From an uncultured Thermoleophilia bacterium (GTDB taxonomy: Bacteria; Actinomycetota; Thermoleophilia; UBA2241), in contig CAZJGT010000002.1 in assembly GCA_964545565.1 (NCBI GenBank), positions 1-54,662 of the forward strand: a stretch of 54,662 nt of DNA, in the 5' to 3' direction. The translations under genes and the position numbers were made by a program. Numbering within the stretch: position 1 is the first letter of the stretch; each line of letters opens with the position of its first letter. The notes below the pieces were generated by a model, which was given only the letters and a program-made list of their open reading frames with translations, did no database searches and was not told the DNA's origin. Positions 26,352 through 34,830 of the stretch are shown one piece after another.

Positions 26352-26569
26352 GGCGCACGTCTTCAGTTCGAGGCTGACGCCTCGTCGCTGTCCGAGGCTT
26401 CCGCCTCGCTTCTGATCGTCGGGAGTGGCCGTGGTCGGCCTCGATTCGTGAGCCTGTGCTACCTGCTCACGGTATCGGCAGATGCGTGCAGAGCATGATA
26501 GAAGCGCCCGCCTCGTCGAGGCGTTTCGGTCGTGCCGGAGAGGCAGGCGCTGCGCCGGAGCGGCGCCGT

Positions 26570-26758
26570 TCAGCCCTTGAAACGGTTGAGGATGCGTCTG
26601 TCCAGGGTGGGACGGTGCACGGCGCGTCGCTCGCCGATGCGCCGGTCCCGCAGATAGTACGGGCAGACGGCGCAGTAGCAACTGCAGCTGAGGCGCGTGT
26701 CGACGTCGGCGACGCAGATCAGCGGCGGCTGGGGCACGGTGCTCGGCCTGTGGGTCAC
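26570..26758 (-). CDS. Cysteine-rich small protein (SCSCYCAVCPYY motif)
   Basis: 62-aa ORF with a GTG start, lying between the receiver and GGDEF genes. Third-position G+C is clearly higher than in the overlapping extended GGDEF frame. The motif resembles the 'cysteine-rich small domain' (C-x-C-Y-C-P-x-Y) from memory. Confidence 0.35.
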   Translation of the reverse strand: MTHRPSTVPQPPLICVADVDTRLSCSCYCAVCPYYLRDRRIGERRAVHRPTLDRRILNRFKG

Positions 26759-26843
26759 GGGATCACCAGGTGCGTTCTACGCCGCCGACGCGCCGGCTCC
26801 TGCCTGCAGCAGTCCTGACGGCCATCCGCTTCGGATGCCGATC

Positions 26844-27212
26844 CTACCGGGTCAGGTAGGTCTCCACTGCGGCGAGGACCTGGGCGATGCGGAACGGCTT
26901 CGTGATGTAGCCGTCTATCCCCGCGTGCGTGGCACGCTCCATGTCGGTCGCCATGGCCTTGGCGGACAGGCCGACGATGACGATGTCCTTCGTCTCCGCG
27001 TCGGCCTTGAGCTCGCCGACCGCCTCGTAGCCGCTGACGACGGGCATCATCATGTCCATGAGGATGAGGTCCGGGCGGTGCTGTCTCGCGAGGTCGACGG
27101 CTTCTCGCCCGTTCTCCGCCTTGTACACGGTGTAGCCCTGGGTCTCCAGGGACATCGAAACGATGCTCAGGATGTCTGGGTCGTCGTCGGCGACCAGGAT
27201 GGCAGTGGCCAC
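26844..27212 (-). CDS. Single-domain response regulator (CheY-like receiver)
   Basis: Listed ORF 26844..27221. I prefer GTG 27212, which lies 9 nt after GGGAGG. It has the DDD acidic pocket, the phospho-acceptor in LILMDMMMP, and a conserved KPF. Confidence 0.85.
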   Translation of the reverse strand: MATAILVADDDPDILSIVSMSLETQGYTVYKAENGREAVDLARQHRPDLILMDMMMPVVSGYEAVGELKADAETKDIVIVGLSAKAMATDMERATHAGIDGYITKPFRIAQVLAAVETYLTR

Positions 27213-27227
27213 GCCGCACACCTCCCG

Positions 27228-29066
27228 TTAGCTGATCTTGCCCGCCGCCAGTGGATCCACCGGCTTGCTTGATATCGGCATGGTGAAGATGAAGCTGGAG
27301 CCTTTTCCGAGCTTGCTCTGCACGCGGATGGTGCCGCCGTGCAGATCCACCAGCTCGCGCACGATCGCCAGCCCCAAACCCGTGCCGCCCTGTGAACGCG
27401 TGGCCGACGAGTCGATCTGCGTGAACCGCTGGAACACCTTGTCCCGGTCTTCGCCGGCGATGCCGATGCCGGTGTCGTTGATCCAGATCTCGACGAACCC
27501 CTCCAGCGTGCGCGCCTCGACGCTGACGGTGCCGTTCTCGTGCGTGTACTTGACACCGTTGGTGATGAGGTTCAGCAGGATCTGGTTGAGCTTGCTGGCA
27601 TCGGCCCACACGAGCGGCAGGTCGGTGGGCAGAAACGTGGAGAGGCGGATGCGCTTGTCCTGGGCGCGTGGCTTGACTACAGGCAGGACGCCGAGGAGGG
27701 CCGCCCGCAGATCGACCGCTTCGCGGTTGAGCTCCAGGCGGCCCGCCTCGATCTTGGTGAGGTCGAGCACGTCGTTGATGAGATTGAGCAGCGCCTCGCC
27801 GCCCTTGAGGATGCTGTCGACGAACGCCGATTGCTTCTCGTTGAGCTCGCCGGTCATACCGCTGAGCATCATGTCGCTGTAGCCGATGATGGAGGTGAGC
27901 GGCGTGCGCAGCTCGTGGCTCATCGTCGCCATGAAATCGCTCTTGAGCTGGTCGAGATGGGTGAGTTCCTCGTTCTTGCGCGCGAGTTCTTCGTTGTACT
28001 GGATGTTGCGCAGCACCAGGGCCACCTGGTCGCTGAGCGCGCGCAGCGTCGGCACCGCCGCCTCGGGGACCGTCTCGTCGAGGCGGTTCAGCAGGCACAC
28101 CACGCCGAGCAGTTCGTGCTTCGCCTCAAGGGGCGCCACGAGGAGGCCGTGGTAACCGTCCTTCTCCGCGGCCTTGAGCAGGCGTCTCACCTGCGGGTCG
28201 GTGACCGTCACGTATCGGGCCGCCCCGGCGCGCGCCACGTCCACGATGCCGAGCGCCTTGTAGCGCTGCGCGGAGTCGGCGGGCAGGCCTCCCGCGAGCG
28301 CCCGTTCCTCGTAGTCGCCGGTCTTGTGATTGAGGATGAGCGCGAAACCGCCGCGCACGCCCGTCGCGCCGGCCATCTGCGCGAGTGCGTCGGGGATGAG
28401 GCCGGCGGCGTCCTGGTGCCGGAGGAAGACGCGGCTGCTCTCGCTCATGACGCGCAGCTGCTCGTTGGTCGCCCGCATGCGGCACAGCTGTTCGTCGGTG
28501 TCGGCCTTGGCCTTCGTGAGCTGGACCGTCGTGCGCACCAGTGCTTGGGCGAGGCGACCGGCGAGCAGGGCGATGAGCAGAAACGCCGCGGCGTGCAGGC
28601 TCACGGCGATCAGCATCCAGCTGGACGGCACGCCCTCGCCGGTGACGAGCGCCGTCACCGCGATGAGATCGGCGCGCTGCAGGAGCCAGATCGCGCCGTA
28701 CGCCCCCGCCGCGGCGACGGCGGCCGCGTAGGGCACCCACGCCGGCAGGAAGACGCTGCTGAACACGATCGGCCAGACGTAGAACACGGCGGTCGGGCTC
28801 AGCGCGCCGCCGCTGTAGACGACGCCGGCCGTGACGAGGGCGATGTCGACGATGACGATCGCCGCGGCCACGGTGCGCGTCGCGGTCCAGCGCTCGAGGA
28901 AGAAGAACGGTACGTTGGCGGCCACGACGAGGCCGATGAGGACCTCGAGCTCCAGCGGCGTCATGCCGTGGTGGTCGACCTGCACCCAGAGCACAGCCGT
29001 GAAGACGGCGAGTGTGAAGAGCACGCGAGCGTACAGGGCGTCGTGCAGTTGTCGGCGCAGGTCCAT
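27228..29066 (-). CDS. Sensor histidine kinase (polytopic N-terminus + GAF + HisKA + HATPase_c)
   Basis: Listed ORF 27228..29630 trimmed to ATG 29066 (MDLRRQLHDALY...). H-box SHELRTPL, N-box LLNLITNGVKYT, and G-boxes DTGIGI and GGTGLGLAI. Confidence 0.85.
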   Translation of the reverse strand: MDLRRQLHDALYARVLFTLAVFTAVLWVQVDHHGMTPLELEVLIGLVVAANVPFFFLERWTATRTVAAAIVIVDIALVTAGVVYSGGALSPTAVFYVWPIVFSSVFLPAWVPYAAAVAAAGAYGAIWLLQRADLIAVTALVTGEGVPSSWMLIAVSLHAAAFLLIALLAGRLAQALVRTTVQLTKAKADTDEQLCRMRATNEQLRVMSESSRVFLRHQDAAGLIPDALAQMAGATGVRGGFALILNHKTGDYEERALAGGLPADSAQRYKALGIVDVARAGAARYVTVTDPQVRRLLKAAEKDGYHGLLVAPLEAKHELLGVVCLLNRLDETVPEAAVPTLRALSDQVALVLRNIQYNEELARKNEELTHLDQLKSDFMATMSHELRTPLTSIIGYSDMMLSGMTGELNEKQSAFVDSILKGGEALLNLINDVLDLTKIEAGRLELNREAVDLRAALLGVLPVVKPRAQDKRIRLSTFLPTDLPLVWADASKLNQILLNLITNGVKYTHENGTVSVEARTLEGFVEIWINDTGIGIAGEDRDKVFQRFTQIDSSATRSQGGTGLGLAIVRELVDLHGGTIRVQSKLGKGSSFIFTMPISSKPVDPLAAGKIS

Positions 29067-29187
29067 CCGGTCCACCCGTCCTTTGAAACGCTGGTAGGGT
29101 ATTCTATCCGAGCCCTCGGAATCCGCTCTCGAGCGTCCGGCCCGCCGGCCGTACACGGAGTCCGCCGGCCCAAAGGAGGACTCCGCC

Positions 29188-30567
29188 ATGTCCGTCCCTC
29201 GCCTGGTCGTCTGCGGGCTTGAGCCCGGTCCCGCTCTGGCGCTCGCTTCCGGCGCGCTGCTGGCGGCGTTCGCCCCGCAGCGCGCCGTCCGTCCGGTCAT
29301 GGTCGGCGTCGACCTGCCCTTGTGGCGTTTGCTCCACGCGGGGTCGACGCGTGCGCCGCGGGTCCTCGATCCAAGCTTGCTCGACGACGCCGTCGCCGGC
29401 GAGCTGTACGACTCCTGGGCGGCCGACACCGACCTCATGGCGCTTGTGGTCGTCGAACCGGTTCTCGATCGCTGGCAGGGCGTGAAGGGCTCGCGTGCCG
29501 TCGACGTGGCGGTGGCGCTGGACGCCCCGCTCGTGCTCGTCGTCGACGCCCGCGAGCGCGGGCCGACCGCAGCCGCGGCGGCATGTGGCGCCACGATGCT
29601 GGCGGAGCACGCGGAGTTCGCCGGGGTCATCGTGATCGGCGGCGATGAACGCGGCTCGGCCTCGGGCCTGCGCCAGGTGCTCGAGGAGACGGGCGGGCTG
29701 CCCGTGCTCGGTTGGGTGCCTCCCCAGTTGAGCGACCGGTTCCGGCGCCGGTGCGGCGCCGGTCAAGGGGTGATCGGCCAGATCGGCACGCCGCCGGCCA
29801 GGGAAGACGAGGTGGCGCTTTGCCGCGAGGCGGGCACCTACCTCGATCGAGAGGGTCTCGAAGCGGCGGCCGCGCGCCGCGGCTTCCTCCCGGTGCGACC
29901 GCGACGCCTCCTGACGCCGCGTCCGGAGGCCGCCGGGCTCACGCTCGCCGTCGGCTGGGGGCCTCCGTTGGAGCCGTTCGCCCTCGAGGCCCTGGACCTG
30001 CTGAAGGCCGCCGGCCTCTCACTGGCGCCGTTGCACATCGGACGCGACCATGAGCTTCCCCGCGGCGCCCGCGGCCTGTTGCTGGCCGGTCTTCTCGATG
30101 AGGAGGGACTTCCGGCCTTCGCCGGCAACGACGAGCTCAAGTCGGGCATCGCCGCGGCCGTGGCTGCGGGTCTCCCCACGCTGGCCCTTGGTGGTGGCGC
30201 CCTTCTTCTCCTCCGCCGGCTCGCGGACCGCCGCGGGCGCACGCACGAGCTGGCCGGCGTGCTGCCCGCCGAGGCCGAACTGCTCGAGTGGTACGAGCGC
30301 CCCCGCTACGTGCACGCCGTGGCGACGCGCGACAACCCCTACGACGAGGGTCATACCGTGCTGTACGAGCTCTTCGACCTCGAGTTCCTGACGCTGCAGC
30401 AGGAGGCGTTCGCGTACCGCGTCGGTGAGGCCGGGGAGGAGGGACAGGTCGAGGGCTTCGTCCACGAACGTTGCCTCGCCACCACGCTTGTCCCGTGCCT
30501 GCCGGCGGCGCCGCACCTTGCCGCCGGTCTCATCGCTGCGATGCGGATGGCGACGCGGGGCGGATGA
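29188..30567 (+). CDS. CbiA/CobB (cobyrinate a,c-diamide synthase)-like protein with degenerate catalytic motifs
   Basis: 459-aa ORF behind AAAGGAGGA. It is collinear with the CbiA family (LPVLGWVPP, GLTLAV..., LALGGG). The P-loop, the GATase Cys and the HEFHY block are all substituted. Confidence 0.7.
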   Translation: MSVPRLVVCGLEPGPALALASGALLAAFAPQRAVRPVMVGVDLPLWRLLHAGSTRAPRVLDPSLLDDAVAGELYDSWAADTDLMALVVVEPVLDRWQGVKGSRAVDVAVALDAPLVLVVDARERGPTAAAAACGATMLAEHAEFAGVIVIGGDERGSASGLRQVLEETGGLPVLGWVPPQLSDRFRRRCGAGQGVIGQIGTPPAREDEVALCREAGTYLDREGLEAAAARRGFLPVRPRRLLTPRPEAAGLTLAVGWGPPLEPFALEALDLLKAAGLSLAPLHIGRDHELPRGARGLLLAGLLDEEGLPAFAGNDELKSGIAAAVAAGLPTLALGGGALLLLRRLADRRGRTHELAGVLPAEAELLEWYERPRYVHAVATRDNPYDEGHTVLYELFDLEFLTLQQEAFAYRVGEAGEEGQVEGFVHERCLATTLVPCLPAAPHLAAGLIAAMRMATRGG

Positions 30568-30610
30568 ACGCGCCGAGCCTCCGCCTTCGCCGCCCGCGCG
30601 GACCGTCTCC

Positions 30611-32278
30611 GTGACGCTGTCCGCGATCGAGGCCTGGCTGCGGACGCGTCGCGGCCTGGTGACCTTGTGGCTGGTGTCGACCGCCGCCGTCGCGCTGGTC
30701 ACCCTGCTCATGCAGCGAGGCGGCGTGCCCGGCTGGGACGACGCCGCCCATGAGTACAAGATCCTCCTGCTGCGCGGCGGGGATTCCATCTTCTGGGACA
30801 ACCACTGGTACGGGGGCGGCTACGGCGCCGTCACCTATGGCTTCGTGTTCTACTGGCTCGCCCAGTACATACCGGGTGCGGCGATCGTCATCGTCGCGAC
30901 CGGGACGATCCCCATCACGTTTTACCTGTACATACGTGACCTGTGGGGGATCGCCGACGTGTGGCCCGCCTGGGGCTTCGCGCTCGTCGTGACGCTCTAC
31001 CAGGCGCATGGCCAGGATCCCTTCGTGCTTGCGCTGGCCCTCACGATGGCCGGACTGGCGCTCCTCGCCCGCCGTCACCCGCTGTGGGCGGCGTTGCCTG
31101 TCGCCGTCGGGATCTTCTCCAATCCGATGGGGCTCGTCGTCGCGAGCCCGTTCATCGTGACCGATCTCATCGTGCGTCCGGCGGCACGGCGGCGCTATCT
31201 CCTGTTCGCCGCCGCGCTCGCGCCGGCCGTCGTCGGCCGGTTCCTGCTCGGGTGGGCGTTCTCCGAGCCCGGCGCCTACCTCAACGAGACGTCGCAGCTC
31301 ATGGTCTTCCTCGGTTTCGCGCTGGTCGGGGTCGCCTTGGCCGGCGTGAATGCGGTCCACCCGCGCCGGCCCTTCGTCGTGCTCTTCCTCGTCTACGCCT
31401 CCCTGTGCGTGGGCTCGTTCGTCACGCCCGGAAGCCCGTTGGGCAACAACATCGGCCGCTTCTTCATGGTCTTCGGGTTGCCGCTCCTGCTGCTCCTGCG
31501 ACACACACGGCTGCGACGGCCGTTCCCCTACGGCGAGCTGGCGATCATCCCCATCGTGCTCTTCGCCCTGCTGCAGTTCGGGACCGTCACCAGCCACTTC
31601 CTCAACGCCGTGGAGCGTCCCCAGACCACGCGAGCCTTCTTCGCCCCCGCGCTGGATGCGGCCGCCGAACTCCACGACCCGGACTACCGGATCCATGTCG
31701 TCGCCCTTCGCCGGCACTGGGAGGCCCTGTACTTCCCGGAGGCCGGTTACCCGATCACGCGCGGCTGGTACCGCCAGGCCGACGCCGTCCACAACAGCCT
31801 CTTCTACACAGCCTACGACGCGACCGACTACGTCCGCTGGCTGCAAAGCATGGGCGTGCAGTACGTCTTCGCGCCGAAGGAGGTGCCGCTGGATCCGTGG
31901 AGCAGGCGGGAGGCCAGGCTCGTGGAGAGTTCGCCGGCGTTCACCTTCGTCGAGCAGACCGGCGCCTGGCGGATCTTCCGCTTGCGTGACGCTCGGCCGC
32001 TGCTCGTCCCGCAGCCCGAGGCGCCCGGCGCCGGAAGCGGGACCATCCGCGCCGTCGGCCACCGGCGGATCGTCTTCACGGTGACCTCGCCGGGCACGTA
32101 CTGGCTCAAGTTCACCTCCTCGCCGTATTGGGTGCTCGAGGGAGGCCCGGGGAAGGTGCTGCCGCGGTCCGACCGCTTCATGGACCTCGACCTCACGAGG
32201 GCCGGCACGTACACACTGCGCCTCGAGGTCACGCCCGCCAGGGTCCTCGACACCGCCGCGGGCAGGTTCGGTCTGTAG
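30611..32278 (+). CDS. Polytopic membrane protein with C-terminal soluble domain (GT-C glycosyltransferase-like)
   Basis: Listed ORF 30425..32278 trimmed to GTG 30611, the first start after the upstream stop. About 11 TM helices and an acidic WDDAAHEY loop right after TM1. The ~200-aa C-terminal domain looks extracytoplasmic. Confidence 0.6.
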   Translation: MTLSAIEAWLRTRRGLVTLWLVSTAAVALVTLLMQRGGVPGWDDAAHEYKILLLRGGDSIFWDNHWYGGGYGAVTYGFVFYWLAQYIPGAAIVIVATGTIPITFYLYIRDLWGIADVWPAWGFALVVTLYQAHGQDPFVLALALTMAGLALLARRHPLWAALPVAVGIFSNPMGLVVASPFIVTDLIVRPAARRRYLLFAAALAPAVVGRFLLGWAFSEPGAYLNETSQLMVFLGFALVGVALAGVNAVHPRRPFVVLFLVYASLCVGSFVTPGSPLGNNIGRFFMVFGLPLLLLLRHTRLRRPFPYGELAIIPIVLFALLQFGTVTSHFLNAVERPQTTRAFFAPALDAAAELHDPDYRIHVVALRRHWEALYFPEAGYPITRGWYRQADAVHNSLFYTAYDATDYVRWLQSMGVQYVFAPKEVPLDPWSRREARLVESSPAFTFVEQTGAWRIFRLRDARPLLVPQPEAPGAGSGTIRAVGHRRIVFTVTSPGTYWLKFTSSPYWVLEGGPGKVLPRSDRFMDLDLTRAGTYTLRLEVTPARVLDTAAGRFGL

Positions 32279-32297
32279 TCTTCGCCCTCGGCGCAGG

Positions 32298-32303
32298 TAG
32301 AAT
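32298..32303 (+). promoter_or_regulatory. -10 hexamer TAGAAT, 6 nt upstream of the NAPRT ATG (leaderless transcript candidate)
   Basis: An AT-rich hexamer in an otherwise GC-rich spacer, with no SD between it and ATG 32310. Confidence 0.35.
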
Positions 32304-32309
32304 ACGTCC

Positions 32310-33407
32310 ATGGCGCGCTCACGCCTCGCTCCCGACGTCTTCGCTCTGCCCGTCGAACGCATCCGCGAGGGGTATTACTCGGACGCGTACTTCAATGCGT
32401 CGAAGCGTGTGCTCGAGGCCAAGGGACTGCACCCCCACGTGACCATGCAGGTGTTCCAGAAGACCGACGGCGCCGTCCTCGGCGGTATGGACGAGGCGCT
32501 GGCGACGCTGCGCCTGTGCGCCGGTCACTTCGAGGGAGGCGATCGCACACGCCCGTGGCGGCGCGGGTGGGACGAGCTCGTCGTGCACGCTCTCTACGAC
32601 GGCGACGAGCTCTCAGCCTGGGAGACGGTGCTCACGATCGAAGGAGACTACAGCCTCTTCGCCCACCTCGAGACCGTGTATCTCGGCGTGCTCTCGCGGC
32701 GCACCCTGATCAGCACCAACGTGCGCCGCGTCGTCGACGCGGCGCGGGGCAAGCCCATCCTCTTCTTCCCGGCCCGCTTCGATCACTACCGCGTGCAGAC
32801 CGGCGACGGCTACGCGGCGCACGTCGCGGGCGCCATCGGCGTCAGCACCGACGCGCAGGCGTCGTGGTGGGGCGGCAAGGGCATCGGCACCGTCCCGCAT
32901 GGTCTCATCGCGGCATACGGCGGCGACACGGTGGCCGCGACCCGGGCCTTCGCCGACCTGTATCACCCCGAGATCAACGTCACTGCGCTGGTCGACTGGG
33001 ACAACGACTGTGTCGCCACCAGCCTCGCGTGCGCCCGCGCGCTCGAGGAGCGGCTCTGGGGCGTCCGTCTCGACACGAGCGAGACCATGATCGACCGGTC
33101 GCTCTGGCACGAGATGGGCACTTCTCGGCCCAACGGGGTGGCGCCGGAGCTCGTCTGGGCCGTCCGTCGGGCGCTCGATGATGAGGGGTTCCGGCACGTC
33201 CACATCGTCGTCAGCGGCGGCTTCGACGCGGAGCGCATCAGCCGCTTCGAAGCCGCCGGCGTGCCGGCCGATGCGTACGGGGTCGGCAGCAGTCTGCTGC
33301 GCGGCAACGCCGATTTCACCGCGGACGTGGTCCTCGTCGGGGGTGAGGCTTGCGCCAAGGCGGGCCGGCGTCATCGGCCCAACCCCCGGCTCGAGCGTGT
33401 GACGTGA
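32310..33407 (+). CDS. pncB: Nicotinate phosphoribosyltransferase (short archaeal/actinobacterial type)
   Basis: 365-aa ORF. N-terminal YYSDAYF-type motif and a type II PRTase barrel core (GIGTVPH, RLDTSE, VSGG). Confidence 0.75.
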   Translation: MARSRLAPDVFALPVERIREGYYSDAYFNASKRVLEAKGLHPHVTMQVFQKTDGAVLGGMDEALATLRLCAGHFEGGDRTRPWRRGWDELVVHALYDGDELSAWETVLTIEGDYSLFAHLETVYLGVLSRRTLISTNVRRVVDAARGKPILFFPARFDHYRVQTGDGYAAHVAGAIGVSTDAQASWWGGKGIGTVPHGLIAAYGGDTVAATRAFADLYHPEINVTALVDWDNDCVATSLACARALEERLWGVRLDTSETMIDRSLWHEMGTSRPNGVAPELVWAVRRALDDEGFRHVHIVVSGGFDAERISRFEAAGVPADAYGVGSSLLRGNADFTADVVLVGGEACAKAGRRHRPNPRLERVT

Positions 33408-33426
33408 CCGCCCCGATGGGTATGGC

Positions 33427-33987
33427 ATGGACATGAATCCGGCCTCCCCAACGCCGCGTCGCGCCGTCATCGTCATCGACATGCTCGTCGGCTTCTGCCG
33501 CCGGGGCAGCCTGTACAGCCCCCGCTACGATCGGCTGGTGCCCCGCCTTCACCAACGGCTCGAGTCGGCCGAGGCCGAGGGCGCGCCGATCGTGTTCCTG
33601 GTGGATTCGCACGCGCCCGGAGACCCCGAGTTCGATGTCTTCCCGCAGCACTGCGTGGAGGGCTCCGGGGAGGACGAGATCATCCCCGAGCTCAAGGAGT
33701 CCGCCGATCGGAACACCGTGGTCCGCAAGCACACGTTCTCGGGCTTCTGGGAGACCGATCTCGAGGCCGTGCTCGAGAGTCTGGCGCCGGAGCTGATCGA
33801 GGTGACGGGAGTGTGCACGGACATCTGCGTGCTGCACACCGTCTACGATCTCAGGGTACGCGGTTACGAGGTGCTCGTGCGAAAGGATCTGGTGGAGACG
33901 TACGACGCGCCCGGACACGACGCGGAGGAGTTCAACCGCTTCGCGCTCGCCCACGTCCGCGACGTGCTCGGCGCGCGGGTGGAATGA
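33427..33987 (+). CDS. pncA: Nicotinamidase / isochorismatase-family cysteine hydrolase
   Basis: 186-aa ORF with a catalytic Asp (VIVIDML), Lys (VRKHTFSGF) and Cys (GVCTDICV), plus metal-ligand-like DSH...QHC. Confidence 0.8.
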   Translation: MDMNPASPTPRRAVIVIDMLVGFCRRGSLYSPRYDRLVPRLHQRLESAEAEGAPIVFLVDSHAPGDPEFDVFPQHCVEGSGEDEIIPELKESADRNTVVRKHTFSGFWETDLEAVLESLAPELIEVTGVCTDICVLHTVYDLRVRGYEVLVRKDLVETYDAPGHDAEEFNRFALAHVRDVLGARVE

Positions 33988-34006
33988 TCCGGTTTCCGGG
34001 CGCAGC

Positions 34007-34690
34007 CTACTCGTTCGTCTCGGGCGCGGCCGACTTCTGATCGTTCAGGAGGTCGACGAAGCTCTGCGAGCGTCTCCCCGTCGTGGACTTCGGGTCGAGC
34101 CGCGCGGCGGTCTCCCACTCCGCCTTGGCGTCGCCGACGTGACCGGCCGAGAAGAAGAGGATCGCGAGGGAGTAGTGCGCCGCCTGGTCGTCCGGATGGG
34201 CGTCGAGTACGGCGCGGAGCATCTCCTCGGCGCGCGCCGAGTCACCCCCCGCATGGGCGACCATGGCGAGGCCGACCTGGGCCGCGGCGTTGCCCGGGTC
34301 CTGCTGCTCCGCCTCGGAGTAAGCCTGCCTCGCCTCACGGAGACGCTGGCCCAGGAAGTACGCTTCGCCCAGGTCGAGCAGCACGGCAACGTCGGTGGGG
34401 TCCGCGGCCCGTTGTTGCTCGAGGCGGGCGATGGTGTCCTTGACGTCGCCCTCCGGCTCGGGGTCCTCGGTCATGGCGACGCTGGGATGCCCCGAAGGCA
34501 GGGTGTCGGCCGCCGGACCGGACGTAGCGGCGGCGGCGCCTGGAGTATCGCCCCCGTCGCCGGCCGTCATTCCGGCCACGACGACCACGGCGGCGACGGC
34601 CACCGCAGCGCCGACGGCGATAAGGGCCAAGGATCGTCTCACTCTCGTCCTTCCGTGAAGATCCGCTGGAGCGCTTTCGCAGGATACCAT
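34007..34690 (-). CDS. Membrane-anchored TPR-repeat protein
   Basis: Listed ORF trimmed to ATG 34690. One TM helix (LALIAVGAAVAVAAVVVVAG), then about 3 TPR-like repeats. Confidence 0.65.
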   Translation of the reverse strand: MVSCESAPADLHGRTRVRRSLALIAVGAAVAVAAVVVVAGMTAGDGGDTPGAAAATSGPAADTLPSGHPSVAMTEDPEPEGDVKDTIARLEQQRAADPTDVAVLLDLGEAYFLGQRLREARQAYSEAEQQDPGNAAAQVGLAMVAHAGGDSARAEEMLRAVLDAHPDDQAAHYSLAILFFSAGHVGDAKAEWETAARLDPKSTTGRRSQSFVDLLNDQKSAAPETNE

Positions 34691-34766
34691 CGCGGTCTGC
34701 GGGTCGCGACCGGGTTTTGCCCGCAAAGGAGCACTATCGTCGCGTCCCCGGACGGGTCTCAGCAAA

Positions 34767-34784
34767 GCTTAACGGGCGCTTAAC
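34767..34784. promoter_or_regulatory. Direct repeat GCTTAAC-N4-GCTTAAC (11-bp period) in the TPR/Rrf2 divergent region
   Basis: Two identical heptamers one helical turn apart, about 20 bp upstream of the candidate -35 of the Rrf2 promoter. Confidence 0.25.
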
Positions 34785-34800
34785 ACGGGGCCGGCGCCGG

Positions 34801-34830
34801 TTGACCGGGGAGCGCCGACGGCGATAGGCT
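34801..34830 (+). promoter_or_regulatory. Sigma-70-type promoter candidate for the Rrf2 gene (TTGACC-N18-TAGGCT)
   Basis: TTGACC at 34801-34806 and TAGGCT at 34825-34830, about 45 nt upstream of ATG 34878. Confidence 0.4.

Noticed and set aside
25011-26681. Full-length 556-aa reading of the GGDEF gene from TTG 26681
   Set aside because: The first ~110 codons have poor third-position G+C and an Arg/Pro/His-rich sequence. They also overlap a better-biased small ORF in another frame. I kept this only as an alternative start.
27540-29222. 560-aa plus-strand ORF opposite the histidine kinase. The same reasoning applies to 24930..26498, 30530..32362, 36659..37873, 40446..42731, 48464..49615, 52225..53142 and 54209..54652.
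   Set aside because: All are antisense to genes with clear catalytic motifs, and all show the Arg/Gly/Asp/Glu/His-rich mirror composition typical of antisense frames in GC-rich DNA.
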